A DNA stretch of 64,000 nt, taken from assembly GCF_024521635.1 (NCBI RefSeq), contig NW_026250424.1:124001-188000 (forward strand), read 5' to 3'. This document shows positions 37,784 through 51,862 of the stretch, one piece after another. The position numbers were made by a program, and so were the translations under genes. Every line of letters begins with the position of its first letter. Positions within the stretch are counted from its first letter, which is position 1. The notes beneath the pieces were generated by a model that was not told where the DNA came from, made no database searches, and was given only the letters and a program-made list of their open reading frames with translations. This stretch comes from Tricharina praecox (taxonomy: Eukaryota).

Positions 37784-38866
37784 TTACGTACCAGCCATTC
37801 CCTTGCTGCTGCTGCCAGCATAGACGCTTCTGATACTACTCTCGCCACTATCATACGGTCGTCCGAGGACATCCCCAAAGCTATGGCGCTTCGCCTCATC
37901 CATCTCCTTGACCTTCGCCTTCTTCTTCCCGTTCCCCCAGACGATAGAGCTAGCCGCGCTCTGAAACGACGCCACCGAGTTCCTGAACCCGCCCTTCCGC
38001 GTCCTCCACTTGTAAAAGAAGAAGCAGATGGCGGAGATGGCCACGAGCGCGAACGCCGTGACCGAGACGCCAACGCCGACCTGCAGCTTCCACGCAGCAG
38101 CACCGCCTTCTTCCTCGTCGTCCGAGTCCTCGCTGTCGGAGCCGGCGTGCGCCTCTTCTGCGTCTTCTTCGGAGGCGTGTTGGTCTACGGCCTCGGCTGT
38201 GGCGTCGTGCGGGTCCACCGCTAGCTCGGCCGTGTTGGAGGAGGTGGCGTGCGGGGTGATAATGCTGTCGGAGGTGTGCGTGTGCGACGGGATGAAGATT
38301 TCAGTCGGCAGGCGCGACGAGGAGGCAGCGCGTGTCTTGGTCGAGAGTGTAGTGCTGTTGGCCGAGGGCATCACCACGCTGGCGTGGATGTGGATTACAG
38401 TGTGGACGAGGGCATTCTCTGTCGTTCCCCACGACGGCGTGGTCGTGGGGAGTTTCTGGGCGAAGCCCGTAACGCCCGCGACGCCCGCGACGCCCAAACT
38501 GAGGGCTGGCACAGCCGGTGTTACCATGTTGGTAGAAGGAGGAGGAAGAAGAGAAGGAATCTGCGCTGCTGGCTCAGTGGTCGAAGTCGGGAGCGTCAAG
38601 CTAACAGGAAAGAGTGCGGGGAGTCCGTCGAGGGATACGAAAAGTTTATACTCCTCCTCCTCCTCCTGACCAGCGGAAGGGGTGTTGGTATTGCGTGCTA
38701 CCAGATGCGGGCTCAACTTTGTGCCGCCCTGTAAATGTGGATCCTGTTTTTGGTGGTGGTGGTGGTACCGGTGGTAGTGGGCGGACGATTGCAGCTGCCC
38801 CGAGGTTGTGGCCGGCGCCCGGCTGGCCGTATATCCATGGCCACTCGAAATCGTGCTCCCTGCCAT
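37784..38866 (-). CDS. Ser/Thr-rich single-pass membrane protein (hypothetical)
   Basis: 360-aa ORF: low-complexity region, acidic stretch, TM VGVGVSVTAFALVAISAICFFFY, then basic KWRTRK. Confidence 0.7.
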   Translation of the reverse strand: MAGSTISSGHGYTASRAPATTSGQLQSSAHYHRYHHHHQKQDPHLQGGTKLSPHLVARNTNTPSAGQEEEEEYKLFVSLDGLPALFPVSLTLPTSTTEPAAQIPSLLPPPSTNMVTPAVPALSLGVAGVAGVTGFAQKLPTTTPSWGTTENALVHTVIHIHASVVMPSANSTTLSTKTRAASSSRLPTEIFIPSHTHTSDSIITPHATSSNTAELAVDPHDATAEAVDQHASEEDAEEAHAGSDSEDSDDEEEGGAAAWKLQVGVGVSVTAFALVAISAICFFFYKWRTRKGGFRNSVASFQSAASSIVWGNGKKKAKVKEMDEAKRHSFGDVLGRPYDSGESSIRSVYAGSSSKGMAGT

Positions 38867-40292
38867 GTTTGCCCGTCCGTTCGTTCTTTCTTGAGATCTC
38901 GGGCCCGCGAGATCTAGAGATTCAGCTATGTACCTAGAACTGGCCGTTCGATCCGTAAAATTTCACCCTGAAGCTTTCGGGAGTCCTTTCCACGCGGAAC
39001 GAAGAGATTCTTATGTTCATGCTCATGTAGATGGAGGTTCCTCCGCTCGAAGCTCTTGGCATCTTCTCCAAACTCGCTTCTCGATGATGTGGTCTGCTAA
39101 GCAGAGGAGATAATATTGTATTGGGGCGAGGACGCCATGGTAATCTACCCACGATGGTGATCCCTCCACGGTCGAACGTATGTACGTGTACATACATCCC
39201 ATCCGGGTGGATCCAACCTGCACGGTCGACAGCTGACTGCTGTATGTATGTCTCTGATGCGTGCTGCGTATGGGGACTTGCCTCTGCATCTCCCCGACCG
39301 GTACCGTCGCTGATCACGAATCTGAATCACGGTGGAGTTGCCATGATCAGCATGAGGCCGAGAAACGGGGTTTCCTAGCGAAAGTGAAACATGACCGTAT
39401 CCTGTAGGGCCCGGGGCACCTACCTGCGTATGTTTGTTTATGGTACTAGGTAGTGCATAGGGTCAGTAATAGACAGCTCGTGTCGAGTATACTGGGCGGC
39501 AGAGTTTATAGAGTACATAGTACATAGTACTACACTCGCCCCCCACCCTGCAGATTATTCTATAGTAGAGTAGCCCAATCTCAACTCGAAGGCGAATGAT
39601 GAATCCGAGGAAACCCCACGCCCAGTCCCGAGAAAGCTTATCTACGGTGACCCCTGACGTCAAACAGATCTTCATATGCGGGACCTTTAAAACGCCTTTA
39701 AAGGGCCAGACATATAGTGGCCAAACAACAAGCCAGTACTTTACTCCTGTTACCATAGCCGTGGTGCAGCCATGTCACTTACAGGCTTGCAGGCAGACCT
39801 GCGGCAGGCAGTGACGCCAAAAACGACGTCGTTCGTGGAACCAGCCTCGGCACTATTCAATACTTGTTATTAACTGTTCTCGTGCGCCCCTTCACCCTCC
39901 ACCTCCCGCACCGCATCGACGAGGACCTCCAGTGCTGGCTGTCAATCTGTCTGTCAAGACGAAACCCACCACCTCCGCCCTCCGTAGCGACCACAATGCG
40001 CACGTACGTAGCTTACGTATGCACGCACGGCCCGCCTCGTCCACTCGCCCCCTCGCCCCTCGAGACGGGGTCTGTTTTATGTTTTATCCTCTCCCGAGTC
40101 CGCCCTGCCGCTTGCGCTCGCCCGCCCACGCCCGCCCGCACGGCATTCGAAGATGTGGAGTACCTTAGGCTGTAGCGCTCTGGCCGACTCGCCGATCGGG
40201 ATTCGCAGGGTTCGACCGTTCGAGAACATAAACACAACACGCCCACGCGCGGATCGGATCACCGGGAATATACTCTACCTAGTGCCTACGGA

Positions 40293-40323
<31 letters not shown>

Positions 40324-41624
40324 CTCTGTGGGTCTGTGAGTCCGGGATTCCGAGGGAGGGGCGCGATTGATCACTCGTCGCCGACTCACCGATGTCGACG
40401 GGATTCCACGGATCCGGTTGCGCACGAATCTAGAGGTGGTCCGTGGTCCGTGGTCTGTGGGAGGGAGGATAAGTGAAACGAGGAGACAAAGAAAACTGGC
40501 TTGAGCCTGGCGCCTGGAGCCTGGAGCCTGGAGCGGTCGATTACTGGCCAACCGACCAACCGGCCAAGTGTGGATGCTCTCACTGAGAGACCAAAGAACG
40601 GGTATGGTCAAATAAAACGTGATCAATTGAGCAAGAGGTCTACTATGTACCTATGATGATGATGGTGTCTGTTGTGTTGAACAACAAAAGGATTGACAAT
40701 CAGAACAGAAAAGTTTAAAGCAGCAACAGGAAGAAAACATTTCAACGTTCAACGACCGCATCGGTCTGCATCGGGTCCCACCAGGTCTCAATAAGGTCTC
40801 AATAAGGTCTCCTCTCTCCAGCACTCATCATTGGAACTTGGAAGTGGTGAATCACCCAAACCAAACCGTGAGGGTAATCGTCACGGCTGGCACAAAGAGA
40901 ACTTGTTGAAGAGATGACAGCGATCTGGAATCGTTTACTGTACCGTGTATCTAACTTGTAGGTATTGTACAAAGGTATGATAGGTACCAGTACTCAAGTT
41001 ATACATAAAGAGAAGAGCATTCCGTCACATACCTAGCTGGACTCGGCGTAGGTATACCGTATCCGGCCGGCGGGGATAGGGTTTCTATCATAGCGCGTAT
41101 GCGGCGGCCGGCGCTGCGCTGTGACGCCCGCGGCCAAATAATCTTTGATGCTTATCGAAGCGCTGACTCTCCGGTTTCCACGAATGCAATTAAGTGATAT
41201 GCAAACCATGATGAGAATCATGAGATGAGATTGCAAGTCGCCGATACGGTTCGGTGCCGACTCCGAAATAAGCTCTCTCACTCTCATTGTATCATAAGTC
41301 CATTCCACCGTCCTCGCCCTCGGGCCCCATACACAAAGAAATCCGAAACAAAAAACTCCATCGACACCGACCTGACCTGACCTGACCTGCCCGCTCCATC
41401 GCCGCTCATACTCGCGTGGAAAATCATATCTCAACTCCAAAAACCAGATCCTGCTCCTAGGCACAAACAAAACAAAAGACAAAGAACAGGGAGAAAGCTA
41501 AGGTATGTAGGTATGTACAGGAATTACTCAAACATTCAGACATTAGGAGTTAGTTAGGTAGTCGTCAAGGTAGTTGGCGTCATGAATCATTATTCGCACT
41601 CGCACCCGCGAAAGAAGTTGGCAG

Positions 41625-41952
41625 TTACTTAGGAAGCTTAGAAGAAGCCATGGAGGCGACGCTCTTCCTCCCGTCCAAGTCGGTGCTGCCACGCCGCCCC
41701 CCGCCCCAGCAGCAGCACCCGACCGGATCACGGATCGCGGCGCCGATGTCGGCGAACCACTTCTTGCAGGCGGGGAGGGTGGTGACTACGTATATCAATC
41801 CGTTCCAGAAACCTTGTGCGGGGAGCACCATTGCGGCGGCAAAGTTGAGTCCAAACTGGGAGGCGTTCGGCTCCATCAGGTTGTAGAGGCGGTTGATGCT
41901 CGAGGGCAGCTGGGATTCGTTAGTATTCGGTGAGAGGGTGGGGTGAGGGTGG

Positions 41953-41983
<31 letters not shown>

Positions 41984-43080
41984 GAAGAGGGGAAGAGGGG
42001 AAGAGTGAGGCGAACCCAGGTTATCAGCAGCGCGAGAAAGAATAGCATCGCGCAGCGACAATACGCCCACGCAGCGGTGTTTGCCTCGACAGCGCTGTTG
42101 CCGGACCTCGGTCGCGCGGTCGGCGTACAGCTCCTGCCTGGGCGTATGGCTTCGATATGGCACGTATACCCCGTGATGTGTGGCATGATATCCCTGGTGA
42201 GGCCCGGGAATGTCCCCGGCGGTGTGTTTTGTCGGGGGATTAGATCGCTGGCTCGGATGGTGGCTGACTCCACCGTGTCCACGGTTGTTACCTCGATCCG
42301 TCCGGGGGTGACTCGGGGGACGGCAGATTCCCGTAGCGAGGAGTGGGGGTCTTTGGCGAAGCGCCGGAGGTTCTTGCGTAGTTGCATGATTATGCGGCCG
42401 GCCAGAACGTAGATTATGAACGTTGCTGCCAGTACAACCCTACATACGAATCCCCTCGTCAGAGCATGGTCGGAGAAATGGAGTCCGGAGAGGAACATAT
42501 GTACCATACTGGGCCGTAAAAAGCGGCGATTCTCAGAACCTGCCAGTCACGATCGATCCAGCACCACAAAGTGGCTTCACCGTAGATCGGACCTTTCTTC
42601 GAGCCGATGAAGAGGAAAGTGAGGCTGGGGACTAATGGGATGCCGTAGCAGAGGATGATGTATATTGGCTCCAGCACCCGTAATTGCTTCGTGGTCTTTT
42701 TGCGGAACACGGTGAGGTATACATTCCATGCCATAGCCAGACACTGTGCCATATAAATGAGCTATAAGACAACATGCGGAGGATGAGGAACGACGTACAA
42801 AGAGTGCATCCGCCGGTATAGCCCATTGAATTATCGCCGCCTGCGCTTGACACATGCGGGACTCCCTGCCCTGCCTGATTCCCTCGCGCGAGTATATAGT
42901 GGCGGCATTCGTGAGTATGTTTCCGAAGGAAGCGTAGAAGGCGAGTCGGTTTATCGGCCGGTGAAAGTTCTTGCTTGTGCAGAAGGTAAGGATGATGAAA
43001 CTGGCACCGACGAGCGAGAAGGCGGATGAGATCCGCGATGTCCGCTCGAAGATGTCGAGATGGCTCTGCGGGAAAGGCAT
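41625..43080 (-). CDS. cAMP-receptor-like G-protein-coupled receptor, 4 exons (an upstream ATG at 43182 is possible)
   Basis: SAFSLVGASFIILTF, RPINRLAFYASFGN, CQAQAAIIQW, MAWNVYLT, YGEATLWCWI..WQVLRIAAFYGPVW, LFFLALLITW-LPSSINRLY, LPAQGFWNGLIYVVT. Confidence 0.9.
41932..42005. repeat. (TGAGGG)n / GGGGAAGA G-rich repeat within the last GPCR intron
   Basis: Tandem GAGGGT units visible directly. Confidence 0.85.
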
Positions 43081-46000
43081 TCCGGATCTCGGACGCAGCG
43101 TGTATGGACTTGAAACCACCTGAAGCGCGCAACCGGTCAGCCCGGCATCATATAGAGCGAGAATCCGTGTTCCATTCAACATGGCGCCAATGAACTCACT
43201 TATTATTATTTTTCTGAAGTGGGACTATACGCGGTAGTAACGTGATACAATCTAATTCACGATGGCGATGATGGGCGAAGTGGGAATCCGGATCATTTCT
43301 CGATGCTGGAACTGCAGTGGACACCAGCAAGGGCCGGAACAAGAAATAATCGCACGGGCGCGACGCGCCGCTATATGTATGCATCATATCCGGGGTTGCT
43401 CCCAGCTCCAGCATCGCATCGTCCTTACGGGCGAGTGTTGAGATGGTGGTGGTGGTGTGCTTGTCAGTCATGTTGCTGATGCAGTCTGGTCTCACCAGAG
43501 GAGGCGAGGGTGGTGATGGTGGCTCACCGTGGGGTTGGAACTTGGAGGCTATCCTCTCTTGGCGACCCCCAAAGAAACGGCCAATTATATCACCGTGCAG
43601 GCGACAATGGCTTAGGCTCGCAGATCAGTCAGTCCATTGGACAACCTGGCGAAAAGGCGTAAGGCGACTGGTACCCGATTAAAAACAAGCATGATGGAAA
43701 TCGGTACTATGGTCATGCAAGACTAAATTTAATCGTCATCCATGAACTCGTGAACTCATTATATAGTGGATAGGCTCTCACACTATGGCGGTCGAAAAGT
43801 GATCGAATAGGTAGGCTGCCAAACATCGATCGGATTGCGAAAGGCCAAAGTTCGAGGTATTGTGTAAGAGGAACTTGCCGGCGAAAGGCCAATGGGCAAT
43901 TGTGCATAGCGACAAGAGAGCGAGAATGAGTCGGTCCATACGCCACAGAATAAGATCCCGACCGCCCTCGACAAAGCGGAAGTGCAGGAGCAGAACAGAT
44001 TCGAGTCAACCCATGTTCTACTGTGAAATCCATCCACTTATTGACTTCACCTACTGTCATGCCATACCTGGGCATTGGCACCGAGACACACACGTACCTA
44101 TAGGCGCCAGTTGACAACCCGGTTGGTCAGGGCAGCAGCCACAAAGTCAGCATAACCACTGGACTCCGCTGCCTACAACCATGCGAGGCCCGGCCCCTCC
44201 TGCGTGAAGTTGATCGAGGCGGGTGCCCGTCTAATCGTCTGTCCTTTGGACAAATGCACATCATTGACCTTTCAGCGACCACTTTCGACCGCTGTAAGTA
44301 CACATTCAAGTGAGGGAAACAGGACGTGAGCACCATCCAACAGCATCAACATAGAAGCGAAAATTCTAAGATTTCAAAAGAGCGGTAGTTAACAATGATG
44401 TTACCAATTCTTACTATTCCCAGCATACCGTAGGCATGTGTGTGCCAAACTCGGCTAATCATCTAACAGCACTCCCTCCCTCCGGTATGTACCACGTTTC
44501 GCAATGAACACGCACCGCAACAGCTCCATGTATATCGAGGCCGTGATCCGTTGTGTCAGCAAGACCGCACGACGTTTTCCTCTCAACCGTGCGGGGTTCT
44601 TGATTTCACCGCGCATATATAGGCGACGCTAATTAACTAGTGGGCACGGGTAGAGCCGTCGGTTCAAGATTGGAGAAACCGGGCAGCACTTTCTTCAAGC
44701 CACAACGTCATGCACCGGCCGCGAGCCTACGGCCTCCCCATCGAGAGGTGGAATCAACATCTTTTCCTGCGTCGGCCTTCTGCGACCCCCTCGGACCTCC
44801 TCACCCTCGATTTACACAGACCTCGACTCCCCCAGTGGGGGTGCTCGCCGCTCGGAGCCCTTGGTAGGTATGCAAACATGAGTGCAGGCTGCAGCTTTCT
44901 ATGGATCCTTTGTATTTGTGCCCCGCCGAACAGCACTGCCGCGCTGACCAAAGCGGCGACGGGGTACGGTATGTATGTATACTTGATTCAAATGCTGAAA
45001 GAAACCACCAATGCAGCCTTGCAAAAATGACATCGAAGACCAGTTCCGAAACTGCGGTAGATGCCTACTCCACTCGCCACCGTCTTCGGTTTCACCAGGA
45101 ACGCCAAAATGATGGAACCGGAAGCGACGCTTGTAATAGTAGGTATGGTATGGTAACACCTCTAGACACAAGTTGCTTTCCGGATAAACAAACAGACGAT
45201 GCGACTGAAAACAGCCGCCAGGTACATATCTACATACCGGCTGTTGGCTTCCGCGTTGTCGTGCTCTCTCTGTAGTGTGACGAGTTGGCAGCTGTATCGG
45301 AGGCAGTCAAACGCTGTGGCAGCTGGGCCACCGCCAAATGTGATCATGATTCACGACTGATCCAGAGAATGTCCAGCCGGTTATGCAGATTTGAACTTTT
45401 GAAGAGGCCCAGTCACCGCTCAGCAGATCTATTGAGCTGATTGACTGGCTAGAGTTCCATAGAACTCGCGAGATGTTCGTCAACAACCGTGTGGGAAAAC
45501 GGGGTTCAGCAGCGAAAGCCCATCCTTGATAGCCACGGCCACGGCGGCCAATTGCATTGTACATAAACGCAACCCGTCACGACGAATAACGAACGATATC
45601 GATCCTCTTGAGATATGTGATGGAATTTCCTCCGTTCTCGCAGCGAGAAATCCGATCCCAACACCACAATCGCTTTTCACTTTTCACTTTTCGCTTATGC
45701 ATCTGCATCCTCGACGCGGATTTCAGACAATTCACAGGTAAGCAGAGCAACTACCTACTCGGACGAGAAAACCCCTCGATTTAGATCGCAGAGAAACATG
45801 CTCTCTACCTAGCGTGCTGATAGGATGGTGGGGTGCGTTAAGCGAGAACAAGTGCAGTGGGGAGTGGGGCTGAGCCGCGTGCGGGGTGGTACGTAGCCTG
45901 GTATGTAGGCAAGCTTTGCTGGTGGGCCGGCCCAGGAACGACACGACACACGCGTGCAGGACATTCCCGGGCGAACCCTGAAACTTGTCCTGTCGTTGTC

Positions 46001-48021
46001 AAGCATGTAGGGGTTGCGGCCGAAAAAGAGGATGAGATGAGTTTAAGGTGTAGTTGGTCCTGAAAGGGTGTCTTTGGTGGGGGTGGCGTCATGGACAGGC
46101 ACTCGGGAGTTGCCTTTTGGCCTAACAGATGGCTGGCCGCGATTGCTTCGCTGTTCTGTGATTGGAGAAGACGCAAAGTTACCTCGAACGCGATGATATC
46201 CAGCTTTTCGGTTCCATTTGCGGGCTAGATTTGTCGGATGAAGTAAAACGGATGAGGATAAAGCTTGTATCATCAGACGTCACCCGGACGAAGGAGGAGG
46301 GGGGTTTAAAAAAATTGCTTACTGTATAGCCAAAGGGACCTATATCGCGGTGGCTTATAATCATCTAATATACATTGACCGTAATTAAATGTATTCCGCG
46401 AGAGTGCGGGGGTAGGAGGAGAGAGGGGTAGAATTTACGGAAGCGGCAAGAGATCCCGCCTCATCGTATATCAGGCGGCGCTCTGGATTACTTTTGGTCC
46501 CGGTGAAGGTGATGAGGATGAGGATGTTTTTTAATGAACCGATTTTACCGACGCGACGCTGACCGCGAATAATAGGGTTGGGCTGACCCAGCTGTATATA
46601 AGAATACACATGCTTGGAAATAATTTGGCGATACTGAAGTGAGCTTTGGTTTCATATCGTCAACGTGGACACAGCGTGTATCCGGATGGTACGTAAATAG
46701 GAATAATTGGTTTCATACAAATACCGCGACCCTGATTTCTCCCCCTGCCAATCCTTTCAAAATTCAGTCTCTGCTCCCGTATTTGCCACATCACTTCGGC
46801 CAGAAAAAGGATCGGAAGATTAAGGATGTGAGATTTTCAAATCGTCCCTCCAGATTTGCGGCTCTCCGACGTTCTCAGGAACGAAGGCACCCAGAACCGG
46901 ATCTTCGTTCGCGGCTTCGTTGGCGTCGTTAGAATGGATAGAGTCTGTCGGTTCCGAACATCGGGTTCCGAGGAAAATACCATCGGAGTCCGACGCGGCA
47001 TAGTGCAGAACTGCTCTGTATCTGTCGATCCGGCAATGCACATTACATGTTCGGGCCGGAGGATATAGCAGAGGTTAACATTTGTGGTTGGGGGAAGAGT
47101 TACAAAATGAAGCTACAGCTGGCGAGGTGACGATTGGAATACGATAGAGTAGTGTCTCAGAGCAAAATCGATGAAATCTGGGCTTCCGGGACTTGCTTTG
47201 AGACGTCAGGTGTGTGATTTATGTGTCTTCCAGGTGCGAGCGAGTGGTACACTGTGCGGCAGCATTTATGTCATGGACTTGGAGACAGACTCATTCTGCA
47301 TCCGCATGTTTCAATCCGGTGATGATACGTATGATATTGCGCGCTAGTTCGACCACTATTACAGTCCAGCTAAGCGTCTGGGCGGCTTCGAGGTTTTTTC
47401 TTTTTTTCTCTTTCGAAATGTGAGCCTGCTCCTGCATACTTCCCTAGCATGTATTGTACACGTCGGAATGTTGGATCGTCGTGATACGGCTGAGAGGTGG
47501 GTGCTGGCATGGACGTGCTACCATAGCATAATGTTTAAGCGCCCGTGTTTCCGCTGAACGCAAAGTAATACCTGTTCCGCACCGGGGCGCCAGCACGTAG
47601 CTATCCTCGACTCTGGCGATTGGTCAGTATGGTTATGGCCAAGATTCATTTTCCCCCTCCATCTATCAATAGCACGCATTAGAAAGTGTGGAATGATGGA
47701 ATCCACACAGTGGATTCTTCATTCTCCTCTTTGCGGACGTACAAGGTAGGTATTGCGCATGCAGTGTCGTACTTCGCGTTGGCAAGGCGGCAAATGGTCG
47801 GACACCACCGAACAGCCGTATATGTATGATGGTGACAGCACATAATCTTCGTGAGGATCCACATATCTTTCCGAATCCTCAGGATACCTAGTTCTCGGCG
47901 TGTCGTATACCTCTCTTGCTTCCTTTCCCATCAGGGGATATTAGGGCCGTGTCATTCCACAGCGCACAAGCCTGGTCACTCCTGCGCACAACCAAGTCGC
48001 TCGGTCTCCTCCTCTTCTTCG

Positions 48022-51000
48022 ATGGCGTTCACGATCGATACACTACGGCTCGAGATAGGGAAGCTCCACCAACAATCCGTTGATGGCCGGTCTTTCGTCG
48101 ATCCGCACGACCTCAAGTCACTTCTATCGCGGCGGGCAATCGCGGAGGTTATACACCTTTGCGCGGTTCCGGACTGGCAACGATCGAGCATGGTCGACAT
48201 CATTTTCGACAGGGGTCGCGTGCTCTTTGGCATCCTCGTCTGGAAGAAATGGCATCGCGGTCTCACGGGATTCATCGAGCACGATGCACTCGATGATGCG
48301 CTGCCGCTTGACGAAGCGAGGGCCATGTTGATTTCTGGGACCTTTGGTTGGGAGTTTGCACGGCACATTCAATGGGAGTTTCTGCCGAGGGTGTTGCTCC
48401 GAGAGATGAGCGATCACCATTATCATTTCCATAAGGACGAGATCCTGCCGTTTACGAACGAGGCTTTCTTGGGGAACGGCTTCTTCGGCACTGTACACAA
48501 GATGTCGGTAGTACCTTCATTGCAGACCATCTTTCCAAAACAGGTGTGTTGATCCACAGCGAGTCCATGGTGTACGATCCTAAGAGGTTCGGCTCAGACA
48601 TCGCAAGTTTTCATGGTCAGAAAGACGCTCCAGCATGGAAAATATCTCGAGCGAGAAATGGAAACTCTGCGGATCCTCCATCGGCTACAGCACCCCAACG
48701 TAGTAAAGCTCTTAGGCACATACACGTACCAGGATCGCCACCACTTCCTATTCCCTCTATACGAAGTGGATTTAGAGACGTTTCTAGCCCTTCCACAGCG
48801 TCACGGAGGGTTCGAGAAAGATTACACCATCTATACAGCCCTGCAAGGACTTTCATCGGCACTGGAGAATATCCATTCAATTACTCTCAGTACCGGTGAC
48901 CACGACACGGAGCTCAACCGAATCGGCTACCACCATGATATCGGGCCCGCAAATATCCTCGTCGACTCGAAGACGTTCTATCTCGCCGATTTTGGGTACG
49001 CAAAGACAAAGTTGGAGGAGGAAAACTCTCAGACAAAGTGGAAATCAGGCCTGGGAGATTATGTAGGGCCGGAATGCATGGATCCGAAGCAAGGGTTGAT
49101 GTATCAACATGTAGGAAGGCCACTGGATATATGGTCGTATGGATGCATGTTGTCGGAGATCGCGGCGTACATACAGGACGGACCGGACGGCGTGAAAAGC
49201 TTCCGAGACCAGCGTTTCGGGGTCGGTTTCTTCCACAATGTGAAGGATCAATATTTCTTCCGAGGCGAGTTCTTGAGGCCGTCGGTTCTTCGTTGGTTCA
49301 ACCAAACAAAAGCGAAATCAAACGATCCAGCGTTCCGGCTTTTGCTCGATGTGGCATTATCAATGCTTAGAATCGACCCCAAACAACGCCCCAAGGCTAA
49401 GCAGGTCAACCTGGAGCTGTCCTTCGTGAGCGCCATGGCCCTTTTTAACGCCGTACAAACTGTTTTCCAACACTACCTCCATGCATTGCAGGCGGCAAAA
49501 GACGCCTCTGGGAAGCCCGACACAATTCAGCTTGAGTATACGCGTTTCACTGCATGGGGGAATGCCCTACAGCTTACGGGAGCCGGTGGTGTTTCGCCCG
49601 ATGATATGGCCGCTGTCGGCGGGATAGAGAGCTCCGTTCGACAGGTTCTGATCGGCTTACTCGGAGAATTTGATCACGCCCCCCAGAACGAAGAATCCAT
49701 GCTGCCTTCCGCGGACATGACTGCCAACCGCAGACCATCCCACGAGCGGATTAGGGACCACATTGACAAGCTGGAGGATTCCCTTCAGAGCTGGTACCGA
49801 GAAAACCCAAGGCAAGCGGGGCTAGAAGATCTGTTGATTCCCAAAAGCTATGCGCCAATTGCGCTGGACGGTATTGGATTAGATTCCCCACCGGATGACT
49901 GTTCAAAACTCAGCACTAGGCTCACATCGAGTAAACTGGAAAACCTACGGCCAGTGACGGTTCAATATCGGTCTGAAATGTCTAGCTCAAAGGCTTTCGA
50001 GATGGAAGCCTTGCGGCTGACTTCGAGCGCGCTCGATATCGCAACACGGTTCGAAGAGGGTATCTCAATCGGTCAGTACAATGAAAAGAACGTCATAATC
50101 GAATGGGTCACTCCTACGGCGAAATGGAGCGCGATGACGACCTCGGAAAGATGTCAGCTGATGCAGCTGATGGCCGAAGATTTCCGTCAACTATCGGGAC
50201 CAGGCGGGCTTCGAGTTCTTGAATGCATTGGTTTCGTGACACCGTCCTTGAATACAACTGGTCCTCGGGATTCTGGCTTTGTTTTTGCGTACCCTCGGCG
50301 TCCATCGGAGCAGGCGGAGCAGGCGGAAGCTGCCGAAGCACCCAAGAAGCTCCACCCGATCAGTCTTTACACAATATTGAAGCAAGGAGACAAATTGAAG
50401 TACCATATTTCGCTCGGAGCGAGGCTCCGGTTGGCACACATGCTAGTCAGCTATGTTCACGAGATGCACTTGGTTGGATGGTTACATGAGGATATGAACT
50501 CCAAGAATGTGGTCTTCTTTCAAGAGGAACTCAAGGGGGGTTGTTCTGATGTCTCGAGGCTATCTGAAGAGCTGGGGAATCCTTACCTGCTCAACTATCA
50601 CCATTCGTGGTCTTCGCCTCGAGAAGGACAAACCGAGGGATCAGCCACCTCAGCAGTGGGAAGCGGGAGTTCGTGCATGCATGCTTCCCAGAACCCAGAG
50701 TATGTCTCCGCCCAACAACACTCCTGCGACTCGTACGACTATCATAGCGTCGGAACAATTCTTCTAGAAATTGGTGGTTGGTATCCGCTGGAAAAGTTTC
50801 TCGCAAACAGCCGTAGGTTGGAATCAAATCCCCCGGCGTTCCGAGACGAGCTGGTCAAAAAATATGCCCCAAGGTTGCGCCACCTTATGGGATCGACGTA
50901 TGCGAATGCAACGCTTGCTTGCCTTTGCAGCAATTTTGGCAGCGGTAGCGGCTCGCGACAGAAGGTCCTTGAGGAGTTCTATGAAAACGTTGTTGGCCCG

Positions 51001-51030
51001 CTGCGAGAACTATCGACTTTCCCGGTATAA
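48022..51030 (+). CDS. Ser/Thr kinase - HeLo-like - kinase-like fusion protein (~984 aa); exons 48022-48543, 48598-51030
   Basis: Kinase 1: GNGFFGTV, VRK, HPNVVKLL, HHDIGPANIL, DFG, YVGPE, DIWSYG. Middle: LEYTRFTAWGNAL. C-terminal: LRVLECIGF, SLGARLRLA, GWLHEDMNSKNVVFF, PYL, DYHSVGTILLEIGGW, MGSTYANATLACL. 54-nt phase-0 GT-AG intron. Confidence 0.88.
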
Positions 51031-51862
51031 GTTGTTTGATCGAGTTGCTGGTCAGCGAAAAGCCGAGATAGAGTAAATTGAACGAGAAATTAAAGCTGGA
51101 GGGGTTAAACACTATCACGCTTGGACATCATGAGGGTCAGTGGGTTGCATAAGAGACAGTTGTGGGTATTGAGCATCAAATTGTCTCCAGGGCCGGTTCA
51201 ATCCGATGGTGACGAAGTGATACCCCTCAAGCTAGGGAAATTTCGATTTCACTCGTACCCAAGATTTATTTACTGTGGTTAGTTTGACTATTATCAGCCA
51301 GTCCAGCTGGGTGGCTATTGGGAGTCTTGAAACGCGAGAACACGTTGCCAGCTGGCTGCCAGCTGGAGGTTGTGGCAAGTCGGTCGCACAGCCACACTGA
51401 AATTATAAATTGCAGCTGCGCCACCAGCAGTGTCCTCGTTTCTCATTTCATTCCGGGCCCGTAGGGTATGCGTCTTCTTTCGCGGCCTGAAAGCCTGTAG
51501 TCCTTGTTCTCCTCAGCCCGACTTATAAATCCGCCGTCCCGTCTTGGGCAATACCAAAGGAGGACTGGACTCTCTGGGTATTCACAGCCCTAGGGGAGGG
51601 AGGGATGCGAACATTCGACAGCGCAAGTTCGACTTCGCCGAATTCGCGCTCAGGGAACATAGTCTGGACCGGCCAGCGAATGGCCAACAAATCATGCGAG
51701 GATAGTATTTATATGACTCTAAACCACAATCTCCCTCCCGGATCCCTACCGAACGTCATACCAACGACCCGACAATCATACCAACGACCAGACCGTCGTA
51801 AACGGAGCGTCGATACTACATCCCGATCCCATTCGAATCCGAACCAGAAGAAAAAACGCGAC

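Noticed and set aside
41932..42005. Telomere-like TGAGGG repeat
   Set aside because: Short, intronic and not TTAGGG; treated as an ordinary SSR.
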